From: an uncultured Saprospiraceae bacterium
GTDB lineage: Bacteria > Bacteroidota > Bacteroidia > Chitinophagales > Saprospiraceae
NCBI GenBank assembly: GCA_963837505.1
Contig: CAWINN010000006.1
Span: forward strand, 30,826 to 94,825
Direction: 5' to 3'
Length of the DNA: 64,000 nt
Part shown: piece by piece, positions 1 through 8,247 of the stretch
How positions within the stretch are numbered: position 1 is the stretch's first letter
Layout: each line of letters starts with the position of its first letter
Position numbers and translations under genes: made by a program
The notes under the pieces: generated by a model
Told to the model about the DNA's origin: nothing
Seen by the model: the letters and a program-made list of their open reading frames with translations, nothing else
The model's database searches: none

Positions 1-903
1 GCGGGTGTTGCGTTTTCACCAGATGAACATTTTCTTTATGGGGACAATGAAAATGGCGTTTGGCAATGGGATCTTCAAGCAAATGATGTAGCTGCTTCTC
101 AAACACTTATAGATACTTTTGATGGTTTTGTTGAGCCTGGCTGGTACAAGACAACGTTTGGTCCTATGGGCCTTGCTCCGGATGGTAGAATATATATTAC
201 TTGTTCTGGTGCGAGCAGTAAGCGACTCCATGTAATTGATAGACCCAACTTATTCTCTCCCTTCTGCCGGCTTCTGCAACGCTTCATTAACCTTGACAAA
301 TGGAATGGCCGTTCTTCCCCTAATTTACCAAATTACAGGCTGGGTCCATTAGATGGAAGTCCCTGTGACACGCTAGGTCTTAATAATATTCCCGTTGCTA
401 AATGGAGATACGAAGAAGATCAACCAGGTTTTCCTACCCTAATAAGGTTTACAGACCAATCTTTTTTTGATCCACATGAGTGGCATTGGGATTTTGATGA
501 TGGCAGCACTAGTGATACAGCGAGTCCGCTGCACACTTTTGAGCCAGGACTTTATCACGTATGCCTTACAGTGAGCAATGAATATGCCACCGACAGTGTT
601 TGCCGTTGGGTAGAGATATTACCGACCGATATCAGGGATGAAATGAACCAAAATAAACCGGAGGTTATCATTCTGCCCAATCCATTTCAGGATCAATTGT
701 TAATCCAGACAAAATCTATTGAATTTCATGACGTCCAGATTCAATTGTACGATATGTATGGCCGGATGGTATTTAATCAACCTTCGGTATTAATTCCATC
801 AAAAATATTTGTTCCTGATTTCCCACCAGGTCTGTACTTGTGTGTTATACTCGAAAAAGAAAAAATTCTGGCAAATATCAAGTTGATGAAAATAGATTTA
901 TAA
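1..903 (+). CDS. Secreted PKD-domain protein with T9SS C-terminal sorting domain (5' partial; frame 1 is open from base 1)
   Basis: Frame 1 has no stop from position 1, upstream of the listed 166..903 ORF. PKD-like motif WDFDDGSTSDTASPLHTFEPGLYHVCLTVSN. C-terminal ILPNPFQDQLLIQ...LYLCVI tail typical of Por_Secre_tail. Confidence 0.8.
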   Translation, partial: AGVAFSPDEHFLYGDNENGVWQWDLQANDVAASQTLIDTFDGFVEPGWYKTTFGPMGLAPDGRIYITCSGASSKRLHVIDRPNLFSPFCRLLQRFINLDKWNGRSSPNLPNYRLGPLDGSPCDTLGLNNIPVAKWRYEEDQPGFPTLIRFTDQSFFDPHEWHWDFDDGSTSDTASPLHTFEPGLYHVCLTVSNEYATDSVCRWVEILPTDIRDEMNQNKPEVIILPNPFQDQLLIQTKSIEFHDVQIQLYDMYGRMVFNQPSVLIPSKIFVPDFPPGLYLCVILEKEKILANIKLMKIDL

Positions 904-939
904 GGTATTTATTAACGGAAAAGCAAAATTTGAATCCTG

Positions 940-1695
940 ATGAAAATAAGAATAACAACATTGCTAATAGGTATGATAATGACAGTCTGTATCAGAGCGC
1001 AACCATTATTCATGTACATTACCAATCCCCAGGTCAATGGTAACAAGGTCACGTACGATATAAAAGTGGCCAATTTTGAAGATGTGGCTGTTATGGCGTA
1101 TAGCGTCTCTTATGATACATCGCAAATGAACTTCGCGTATAATAAGAATTTTGCCATTCCCACCCTGACCATGTATGATTTCCTGAATGAGATCCCTGGC
1201 TATGTGTATTTCTCATGGTTTGATGTCACTTTGGCAGGCGTTACCGAATCCGATTCCATAGTACTTTACCAGATGGTATTCACTATGAAGCATGGCACAT
1301 ACGGGAATGTTTGTTTCTCGACGTATCCAACGGAGCCGCTCTTTACGACCCTGGATTCCACCTTTCATTCGTTTTATGTGACGGATGATTGCCATTCGGA
1401 GCCATTTGAGATTGTTATCGTTACACAGGTGTCTGATATAGCCTCATCTCAAACAGGACTAATAGTTCAGTCTCTTGCTTCAGATGGTTCCATTATATTT
1501 AAACTGGAGAAAGAACAAACTCTCAGCTTTGAACTTGTTAGTCTCAATGGACAGGTAGTAGAATCGTTCAATGAAAATTATTATACTGCGGGTGTTCATA
1601 GCTTGAATATCAATACATCATTGCCCAAAGGACTCTATGTGTTGAAATCGGAATTAAATCATTCTTCATTCGCTGCTCGGGTGATTATTCAGTGA
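940..1695 (+). CDS. Secreted protein with cohesin-like module and T9SS C-terminal sorting domain
   Basis: N-terminal signal peptide MKIRITTLLIGMIMTVCIRAQ. Segment VTYDIKVANFEDVAVMAYSVSYDTSQMNF resembles a cohesin fold signature. The C-terminal ~80 aa (LSFELVSLNGQVV...GLYVLKSEL) resembles a T9SS CTD. Confidence 0.6.
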   Translation: MKIRITTLLIGMIMTVCIRAQPLFMYITNPQVNGNKVTYDIKVANFEDVAVMAYSVSYDTSQMNFAYNKNFAIPTLTMYDFLNEIPGYVYFSWFDVTLAGVTESDSIVLYQMVFTMKHGTYGNVCFSTYPTEPLFTTLDSTFHSFYVTDDCHSEPFEIVIVTQVSDIASSQTGLIVQSLASDGSIIFKLEKEQTLSFELVSLNGQVVESFNENYYTAGVHSLNINTSLPKGLYVLKSELNHSSFAARVIIQ

Positions 1696-1771
1696 TTTTC
1701 CTCCCGGCATCTATCTCTGCACAGTTAAAGATAAGAATGGAAGTGTAAGTAGTGTGAAGTTGATGAAGGAG

Positions 1772-1930
1772 AAGGATTCGCCTTTTTGAAACATAAAGGA
1801 CTTCGCCTTTTTGGTAAACACATAAAGGACTTCGCCTTTTTGGTAAACACATAAAGGACGATGCCTTTTTGGTAAACACATAAAGGACGATGCCTTTTTG
1901 GTAAACACATAAAGGACGATGCCTTTATAG
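1772..1930. repeat. 29-bp tandem repeat, about 5.5 copies (CATAAAGGAC[TT/GA][CG/TG]CCTTTTTGGTAAACA)
   Basis: CATAAAGG recurs at 1792, 1821, 1850, 1879 and 1908, an exact 29-nt period. Each unit contains the small inverted repeat AAAGG..CCTTT. Confidence 0.9.
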
Positions 1931-2462
1931 AAAACTAAATTCGAGGTTCTGATTTCCGAGTCGATGGAGATATTTGATCGGTAGGGGAATATGGTTTTTG
2001 CGGCATATCATTTTCCGCCGAATGATCCGTCGATAGAGATATCCATTACTTCGCAAGATTCTACCCTTTCACCCCGCTGTCGATTCTGTTTGCCGTAGGT
2101 TGCACCTACGCTGCCAGTATGGTTTTCCGCTTGCAGCTGGAAAATTTTAGCGCGCTGAAAACCCTGGGGACAATTAATACTTTCCTTATCGTAGAATACA
2201 AGAGGAAGTCCCCTTCAGGGGATTTAGGGGCAGAACGGGTGATGCGATGAAGCCCCCACACGCAAATCAGATATTTGCTGACACTCCAGCGCAGGCACAG
2301 CCTACGCCGATCATTCGTAATTTTTTTTAATAATAAATCATTGCAGAGGGTCGCGCCGCGATCTTTGAACGACGAAGCTTCTAGCGAAGGCGTTGCGGCT
2401 AATGTAATTAACCAGATAAATGCCGGGGCACGAAAGAAGGGGATTTAGACGATCGATTCATC

Positions 2463-3044
2463 CTATTTCCTCCTTTTAAACCCCGCCGCTTCTTCTTTGG
2501 TATTGATACTTTTTAATATCTGAACATCGTGAGGTTTCACCCGCTTACCATTGCAATTGAGGAGTATCCGATTCACTGACGTCTGGCCGGCCTCAAATGC
2601 TTTCAACATTACCGGATAAATGGCGGGTTCAAAAATAGTGAGCAGGGGCTCCGGAAACAGCGTCTCGGGATCGACATAAAATGTAGCTTCTCGCTTTTCA
2701 TCCCGATTAGTAAGTAAAATGGAAAGCGTTTCCGCATCAACAAATGGCAAGTCGCAGGCAATGACCCACCAGGCACAAGCAGCATCATGTTTAAAAGCAG
2801 ACAGGATACCGGCGAGCGGTCCGATGTCCTGGTATTGATCTTCGATCCTGGGAAGGCCATAGTCATACGACTGATCTGCCCTGCAGGAGATGTACACCTC
2901 CTCTACAAACGGCTGAAGCAGGTGATCGAGGTATTGATACTGCGGCATGCCATGGTAATCCAGCAATGCCTTATCCTCCCCCATCCTGGAACTTAACCCC
3001 CCGGCGAGGATGAGACCTTTGATTGAAGTACCAGCTGATTCCAT
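2463..3044 (-). CDS. mobA: Molybdenum cofactor guanylyltransferase (MobA-like NTP transferase)
   Basis: N-terminal LILAGGLSSRMGEDKALLDYHG and later GPLAGILSAF...WVIACDLPFV match the MobA signature motifs. Length 193 aa is typical. Confidence 0.8.
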   Translation of the reverse strand: MESAGTSIKGLILAGGLSSRMGEDKALLDYHGMPQYQYLDHLLQPFVEEVYISCRADQSYDYGLPRIEDQYQDIGPLAGILSAFKHDAACAWWVIACDLPFVDAETLSILLTNRDEKREATFYVDPETLFPEPLLTIFEPAIYPVMLKAFEAGQTSVNRILLNCNGKRVKPHDVQILKSINTKEEAAGFKRRK

Positions 3045-3115
3045 TTTTTTTTATTTGCAACAATTAAGGGCGCTTCTAATAACTACCCTATTTTTGGATT
3101 CAAGGGCGTGTAAAA

Positions 3116-3445
3116 TATCCAATATATTTTGATATTCACGAAAACTCACGACTCATGCTTCGACCTGCTTATGCTCAACCTTGTGCTACAGCTCAGCAAC
3201 CGCGATTCATGAAAACTCACTACTCACGATTCACGATTCACGATTCACGGAAACTCACGATTCACGACTGACGATTCACGGAGACTCACGACTCACGATT
3301 CACGATGACGATTCACATCGGATCACGACAACTCACGACTCACGACTCACCACGCCCACTCACGACTCCACTACGTCACGACTCACTGCTCACGACTCAC
3401 GACTCACTACTCACACTCACTACTCACCACTCACCACTCAAAAAC
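3116..3445. repeat. Heptanucleotide tandem array (CACGATT/CACGACT)n containing one copy of the conserved ~50-nt element (3154-3204, reverse orientation)
   Basis: Direct reading. The array is the reverse complement of the (AATCGTG)n arrays at 51.8-52.5 kb. It generates the artefactual HDSRLTIHDSR ORFs. Confidence 0.9.
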
Positions 3446-3480
3446 TCTTTTTATCTTCCTCCCAACAAAACAATCCAGCT

Positions 3481-3912
3481 ATGCCTACACGTGTACTTGC
3501 TTTCGTTTTATTCCTCGGCCTTCAGCTCTTTCCAATATCCCCTTCCACCGCTCAGTCCTTTAATGGCCATTGGCAAGGCCTGAGCGAGGGAGAAGTCGGC
3601 AAGATGACCTTTGACAAAAAAGGATATGTCACTTTCATTATCAATGATCAGCCCATGGGTGGAAAAAAATTCACCTCCGAAGGAATAGACATGACCATGC
3701 GCTACGAATATGATGACCACGTGACGCCTCATACCATCGATTTCGTCCTGTCCATGGCCGGCGATGGTACTGAATTGACCCGCATGCTCGGGATCTACCA
3801 ATTTGTCAATGCAAAGACACTGATCATCAACATGGATTTCGAGGGAAAAGCCCGTCCCACTGTTTTTGACCCGGAGGATAAGAACCAGATCCAACTGTCA
3901 AAAATTAAATGA
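3481..3912 (+). CDS. Secreted lipocalin-like / TIGR03067-like small beta-barrel protein
   Basis: In-frame ATG at 3481 gives the signal peptide MPTRVLAFVLFLGLQLFPISPSTAQ. The upstream 100 codons of the listed ORF are repeat-derived. The mature part, FNGHWQG...KMTFDKKGYVTF..., is lipocalin-like. Confidence 0.7.
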   Translation: MPTRVLAFVLFLGLQLFPISPSTAQSFNGHWQGLSEGEVGKMTFDKKGYVTFIINDQPMGGKKFTSEGIDMTMRYEYDDHVTPHTIDFVLSMAGDGTELTRMLGIYQFVNAKTLIINMDFEGKARPTVFDPEDKNQIQLSKIK

Positions 3913-3961
3913 AAGGCTGAAGAGAAGGCTGAGGCTATGGAAATAAGCTAAACTCAACTTT

Positions 3962-4049
3962 CCTTACTCCTTACCCCTTATTACTTACTACTTACTACTT
4001 ACTACTTACTACTTACTACTTACTACTTACTACTTACTACTTACTACTT
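3962..4049. repeat. Heptanucleotide tandem array (CTTACTA)n, about 12 copies
   Basis: Direct reading. The array lies between convergent gene ends 3912 and 4069. Confidence 0.9.
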
Positions 4050-4068
4050 ACTACTTACCCTCTTCGTT

Positions 4069-5106
4069 TTAAGCCATCTTTATCCCTTGCTCCCTGTAAT
4101 AATCAGCAAGCTGTCGGACCTTTCCTTCAAACTGCTGCACAAACCAATCATCATAATAGGCTAAGTGGAAACTGGCTAAATCCGGTTGTTGCAGGCAGGA
4201 TATAATCGTGTTACCAGCTATGATACCGGACCATAGCGCATTAAAAATCCCCTGGCCGGCAGCGGGATCTAATATGCCCGCAGCATCACCACAAAGCACA
4301 ATACCTTCGCTGCATACCGGGCGATACATTCGCCATCGCATATTAGCTACCTCCACCTTTCCTACGGAGACCCAGTCTTTTATTTCCTCAGGAGGCAGAA
4401 AGGTTCTCTCCCCTTTTAAACTCAATCTTGTCCATGCACAATAATCTGGCGGCTGCGGAGCTAACCACGTCCAACCCTGTTGACCCGGAATAAAATGAGC
4501 CGCATTTTGATCAAAAGGAAATGGCTCAACCCATTTTGAAATGCCGGTCCAACACACTAAGGGAGGTGAGAAAAATTGCCTCTTCCATTTTAATTTCTTT
4601 CCCGCTATGGCTTTGTTTCCCGAGGCATCAATGATGTACTTCGCATACCATTCTTGCGATCCGGTTTTTATCCCCACCACTTTTTCCTTCTCCAGAATAA
4701 AATCTTCCACCTTTTCATTAAACAGGACCGAGACTCCTGATTTTTGAATACGATGCAGTAATTGCCAATTAAATATTTCCCGATTAATATGCCTGCCTTC
4801 CCATATTCCATTTTCATCCTGTCCCAGCGGTGCATACGTGTGGCCCGTATAAATGCCGGCATACGTGGATAACGTAGCTGCTTCCTCTGCACCGGCAGCC
4901 CCTATTTTTAGAAGAAGGGAAGAAACACCGGGATGAATACTTTCCAGTGGCGCCGGAGTGGAAACTGTCCATTCACTTTGTTCAGTCTCCGGCGTAACGA
5001 TCATGACTTTCAGGCCGTTCCTGGCACAGGTAGCTGCAGCAGCACAGCCGGCAGGACCGGATCCAATAACGATAACATCCGAGACCGGCAATCCAGCATT
5101 CGTCAT
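4069..5106 (-). CDS. FAD-dependent oxidoreductase (halogenase/geranylgeranyl-reductase-like fold); candidate LodB-like flavoprotein
   Basis: N-terminal dinucleotide-binding motif VIVIGSGPAGCAAAATCARNG. Second FAD motif CGDAAGILDPAAGQGI. It lies immediately downstream, on the same strand, of the 888-aa gene. Confidence 0.75.
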   Translation of the reverse strand: MTNAGLPVSDVIVIGSGPAGCAAAATCARNGLKVMIVTPETEQSEWTVSTPAPLESIHPGVSSLLLKIGAAGAEEAATLSTYAGIYTGHTYAPLGQDENGIWEGRHINREIFNWQLLHRIQKSGVSVLFNEKVEDFILEKEKVVGIKTGSQEWYAKYIIDASGNKAIAGKKLKWKRQFFSPPLVCWTGISKWVEPFPFDQNAAHFIPGQQGWTWLAPQPPDYCAWTRLSLKGERTFLPPEEIKDWVSVGKVEVANMRWRMYRPVCSEGIVLCGDAAGILDPAAGQGIFNALWSGIIAGNTIISCLQQPDLASFHLAYYDDWFVQQFEGKVRQLADYYREQGIKMA

Positions 5107-5136
5107 TGGTCATTCGTCATTCGTCAAAAAGTAATG

Positions 5137-5231
5137 CCGCTAATTATCGCCAATTAGAATTCAATTATTTGTGATCCAAGATCCTGATCAATTGAAGCGC
5201 TGCTAATTTCCGCTAATTATCGCCAATTAGA
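5137..5231. promoter_or_regulatory. Two copies of a 22-nt direct repeat, each containing the dyad CTAATT-N6-AATTAG (candidate operator pair)
   Basis: CCGCTAATTATCGCCAATTAGA occurs at 5137-5158 and again at 5210-5231, 73 nt apart. Both lie in the 162-nt spacer upstream of the flavoprotein gene start (5106). Confidence 0.45.
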
Positions 5232-5268
5232 TTTCAGTTGTCTTCGGACCGTGGTCTGCGGTCCCCTT

Positions 5269-7935
5269 TCACGAAACCATCTTCCAGTCCGCTTTACCTG
5301 ATTTGACGGTAGCTATAGCGAGATGCGGGGAGCCCCCCGGATTATCGACCACCTGGCAGACATACATTTTCGTACAATCTACTCTTCGCCGACCAAATCC
5401 ATCCCAGGTTACCTCTTTACCATTGACATCCACGATGACATACAGGTATCCTTTGCCGGAAACTTTAGCATTGGATTTATCTGTAACCCAACTGGTATCC
5501 ATTCCCACCAGGTTTTTCGGAATTCCCCAACCAACTGCATTTTCTTTTCCAAAATGGACCGGTTCTGCACTGATCAGCCACCACCGGGTCAGGCCTACGA
5601 TTTTGTCCGCATGCTGATATCCTTTAAAATTTATTTTAGGCAGATAATCAATACACTTTTTTAGACACGCCATCCGGGCGATCAGCTCAGCACTGGTGAG
5701 TGTCCTTAATTTTGACATATCGAGATTACCATCCAATGCATTTTGCACCACATCCGCCCGACCCATATCTGCAAAATTGATCTGCCATTTGCCATCATTA
5801 TATTCCAGGAAAGGCCCCTGCACACCATCCCATCCAAAAGTCTCCACATTCAATGCCAATCCGGCAGGGGAATGTTTATGAAACCCAATTTCATCATCTA
5901 ATAAAGGAATGGAGGTTGGATTTCTACTGTATGGATCCAGGGAGCCCTGATAAGTTCTCGCCGCATCCGGTGAAGAGGCCGGCCACATACCGGCGCTGGC
6001 TGCGCACAACTTCATGTCCTCCACAAATGGCGAACCCAATCCTTCCGTACTTAAATACACCTCAGTACTTCCCGGTTTATCTGCCGAATAAGTTATATCC
6101 CATCCTGGCGCGAATACCGAAGAAGCCACATCAGGTAAAAAACCGGAAACCATATACCCTTTCGGCAATGCGGGGTTATTAAAGTGACCGTTTTGCGCGG
6201 CCGGCATCGCTGTCTTTGACTTATAACTCAGGACAGCAGTATACGTATCATTGCAGGCATGATCCATTTGCACCGTCCACTTGGGGTTGGGTGTCAATCT
6301 CGCTGTGGCGAGACTCGCGACTCCACCCTCATAAAAATTACTCTGCCCCTTGGCTGAACCTGGTGCCACATCGAATTCGATCAAATCAAAATTATCCACC
6401 TGCGGAAAAAAATCAGGTGCCGTCACGATGGAAAAGGCAGGCAAACAATCTTTGTAGAGTCCTTTAAGTGACGCTGCATGATCAAGCGTGATCTGAGCCA
6501 TGACCTTTCCGTCGCAAATGCTGTCTTCAAATAACGGCGCCTGAAACATACCGTCATTCAGGCGCTGCTCAAATCCGGCATCTTTAGTAACTTCTGTATA
6601 CCCGGCGGCGATGAGGGTATCCTGCTGATGCGTGATATTCAAAAACAAAGGCTGCGTTCTGGGTTCCGTGTATTCATTCGGAATTTTCTGGTAATTGTTT
6701 TTGCCTTTTACTTTGACCAACAATTCCACATCCTGCACATCCTGGGTATTAAAGCTGGTGAAATACCTGTTTTTTGAATACCCATCTTTACCCGGTATCA
6801 TGGCCGGCACTAAAAAATAGAGTGCTTTATTTCCTTCTTTCGCCAGCCGTATCAATTCTTTAGGTTGCGAAACCACCAGAAAAGAAGCATTGACATGCGT
6901 CGCGGCTGCATCCTGGACAATCAAATAAGAGGAGTCCCGAACTGTGGGCTTGAGATCTTTATAAAATTTAAGATCCGTATGTTCGGCAAGCTTGGCTAAT
7001 TTTTCACTCCTGTGCATTTCATGAAAATCCAGTTGAGCTTCACCGAAGAGCAGATCATGGTGGAACACTTTTCGGATCGGTTGTAAAAATGTCCGCAGAT
7101 TATCTTCTTTATCATCAAACTTATCTCCGGGTTTGTAAATACCTGTCGTCATCAAATCAATTTCACTGGATTTAACCCGCTTGGCAATGAAGAGACCATA
7201 CCGGGCAGGAACCACCGCGACCTTCTGAATAGGTATGCCATCCTTTGGCTGATTCGTGAAGCATCGGTTGATGTGATCATAATTATATTCATACTGACCG
7301 ACCCGGGCAACCCCTGTCCTGGAATACACCAAATCTGCATGTTGATGATGAGGCGTCTTAAAGGCAGGACGATATTCGTATGCAAAAACCGCCAGAATCA
7401 AATCGTCGTTGGATTTGACTTCATAGATCGACTTCAGATGTTCCCATTCGGCTAAGGCATAAATATAGTTTTCCAGGATATCCATTTGTTCCAACGAAGG
7501 ATACGCAGTAAAACCAGTTGACCGCACCCTGGGACTGGCCAGGGCGTGATACAATAAACTGAATGCAGGAAAGCCTGGTTTGATTAAATTCATTCCAGCG
7601 AAATCATCAAAACCCGATTGCGGATTATCGGTTAGTTTCTTTAGGCTGTTGGAATCAAGATCTTTTAGTAATTCGGTCTGAAGGGCTTCCCCGGTCAGCG
7701 CTAAATTGACGCCCAAAGCGTCTTTGAGATAAGCGGCCCAACCATTTTTAGAAAGCCATTGCATCAGCGACATGAATTCCTTTTGCACCTCTTCACTTAC
7801 TTTGGCAATATTCCCCTCATTATTTTCAAGGAATGCAAACAAGTTTATCCTGCTTCTGCCGCTGGAAAAGGTCGAACTTAATGGTCCCAGCAATGTTGCT
7901 ATAGCGCCCAGCTTAATGAACTCTTTACGATTCAT
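5269..7935 (-). CDS. Large hypothetical protein, candidate LodA/GoxA-like CTQ quinoprotein oxidase
   Basis: 888-aa uninterrupted ORF. N-terminus MNRKEFIKLGAIATLLG resembles a degenerate Tat signal. Contains EDMKLC (D640-x3-C644) and a Trp 58 residues later. The operon layout with the downstream flavoprotein matches lodAB. Confidence 0.85.
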   Translation of the reverse strand: MNRKEFIKLGAIATLLGPLSSTFSSGRSRINLFAFLENNEGNIAKVSEEVQKEFMSLMQWLSKNGWAAYLKDALGVNLALTGEALQTELLKDLDSNSLKKLTDNPQSGFDDFAGMNLIKPGFPAFSLLYHALASPRVRSTGFTAYPSLEQMDILENYIYALAEWEHLKSIYEVKSNDDLILAVFAYEYRPAFKTPHHQHADLVYSRTGVARVGQYEYNYDHINRCFTNQPKDGIPIQKVAVVPARYGLFIAKRVKSSEIDLMTTGIYKPGDKFDDKEDNLRTFLQPIRKVFHHDLLFGEAQLDFHEMHRSEKLAKLAEHTDLKFYKDLKPTVRDSSYLIVQDAAATHVNASFLVVSQPKELIRLAKEGNKALYFLVPAMIPGKDGYSKNRYFTSFNTQDVQDVELLVKVKGKNNYQKIPNEYTEPRTQPLFLNITHQQDTLIAAGYTEVTKDAGFEQRLNDGMFQAPLFEDSICDGKVMAQITLDHAASLKGLYKDCLPAFSIVTAPDFFPQVDNFDLIEFDVAPGSAKGQSNFYEGGVASLATARLTPNPKWTVQMDHACNDTYTAVLSYKSKTAMPAAQNGHFNNPALPKGYMVSGFLPDVASSVFAPGWDITYSADKPGSTEVYLSTEGLGSPFVEDMKLCAASAGMWPASSPDAARTYQGSLDPYSRNPTSIPLLDDEIGFHKHSPAGLALNVETFGWDGVQGPFLEYNDGKWQINFADMGRADVVQNALDGNLDMSKLRTLTSAELIARMACLKKCIDYLPKINFKGYQHADKIVGLTRWWLISAEPVHFGKENAVGWGIPKNLVGMDTSWVTDKSNAKVSGKGYLYVIVDVNGKEVTWDGFGRRRVDCTKMYVCQVVDNPGGSPHLAIATVKSGKADWKMVS

Positions 7936-8141
7936 AATGTATAGGTTTGATGGATTTCGTGATCATATTGACATACCTGAAGGGTCGTTTTATCCTGGTT
8001 AGCAGCCCTCCGGGACTAAGACTCCTTCGAATCTGCCTCCATGACTAATCATTAAAAATATAAATTTAGCCCCAACTCTGCCGAATTAACTTTTTTAGGT
8101 ATTCTTGGGCCACCCCCCCTCCTAAATTCGGACTAAAAGCC

Positions 8142-8149
8142 TACCTTTG
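8142..8149 (+). promoter_or_regulatory. Candidate Bacteroidota -7 promoter box (TAnnTTTG)
   Basis: TACCTTTG matches the TAnnTTTG consensus exactly, about 100 nt upstream of the OmpA-family gene ATG in a divergent intergenic region. This is a single-motif match only. Confidence 0.3.
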
Positions 8150-8247
8150 TACGATCAGAAAAGAACCCTGGAGAGCCCGCCATCTTGATATTGACACCCA
8201 TTTGGCATCAGGTTAAAACCAATTAGATCAAATAAATCTTTACTATT

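Noticed and set aside
1685-1910. Three overlapping minus-strand ORFs (61-65 aa) MFTKKASSFMCLPKR...
   Set aside because: They are generated by the 29-bp tandem repeat, and all three frames are open simultaneously.
3181-3480. N-terminal 100 codons of the listed ORF 3181..3912
   Set aside because: This part is heptamer-repeat derived (HDSRLTIHDS...). A proper ATG followed by a signal peptide begins at 3481.
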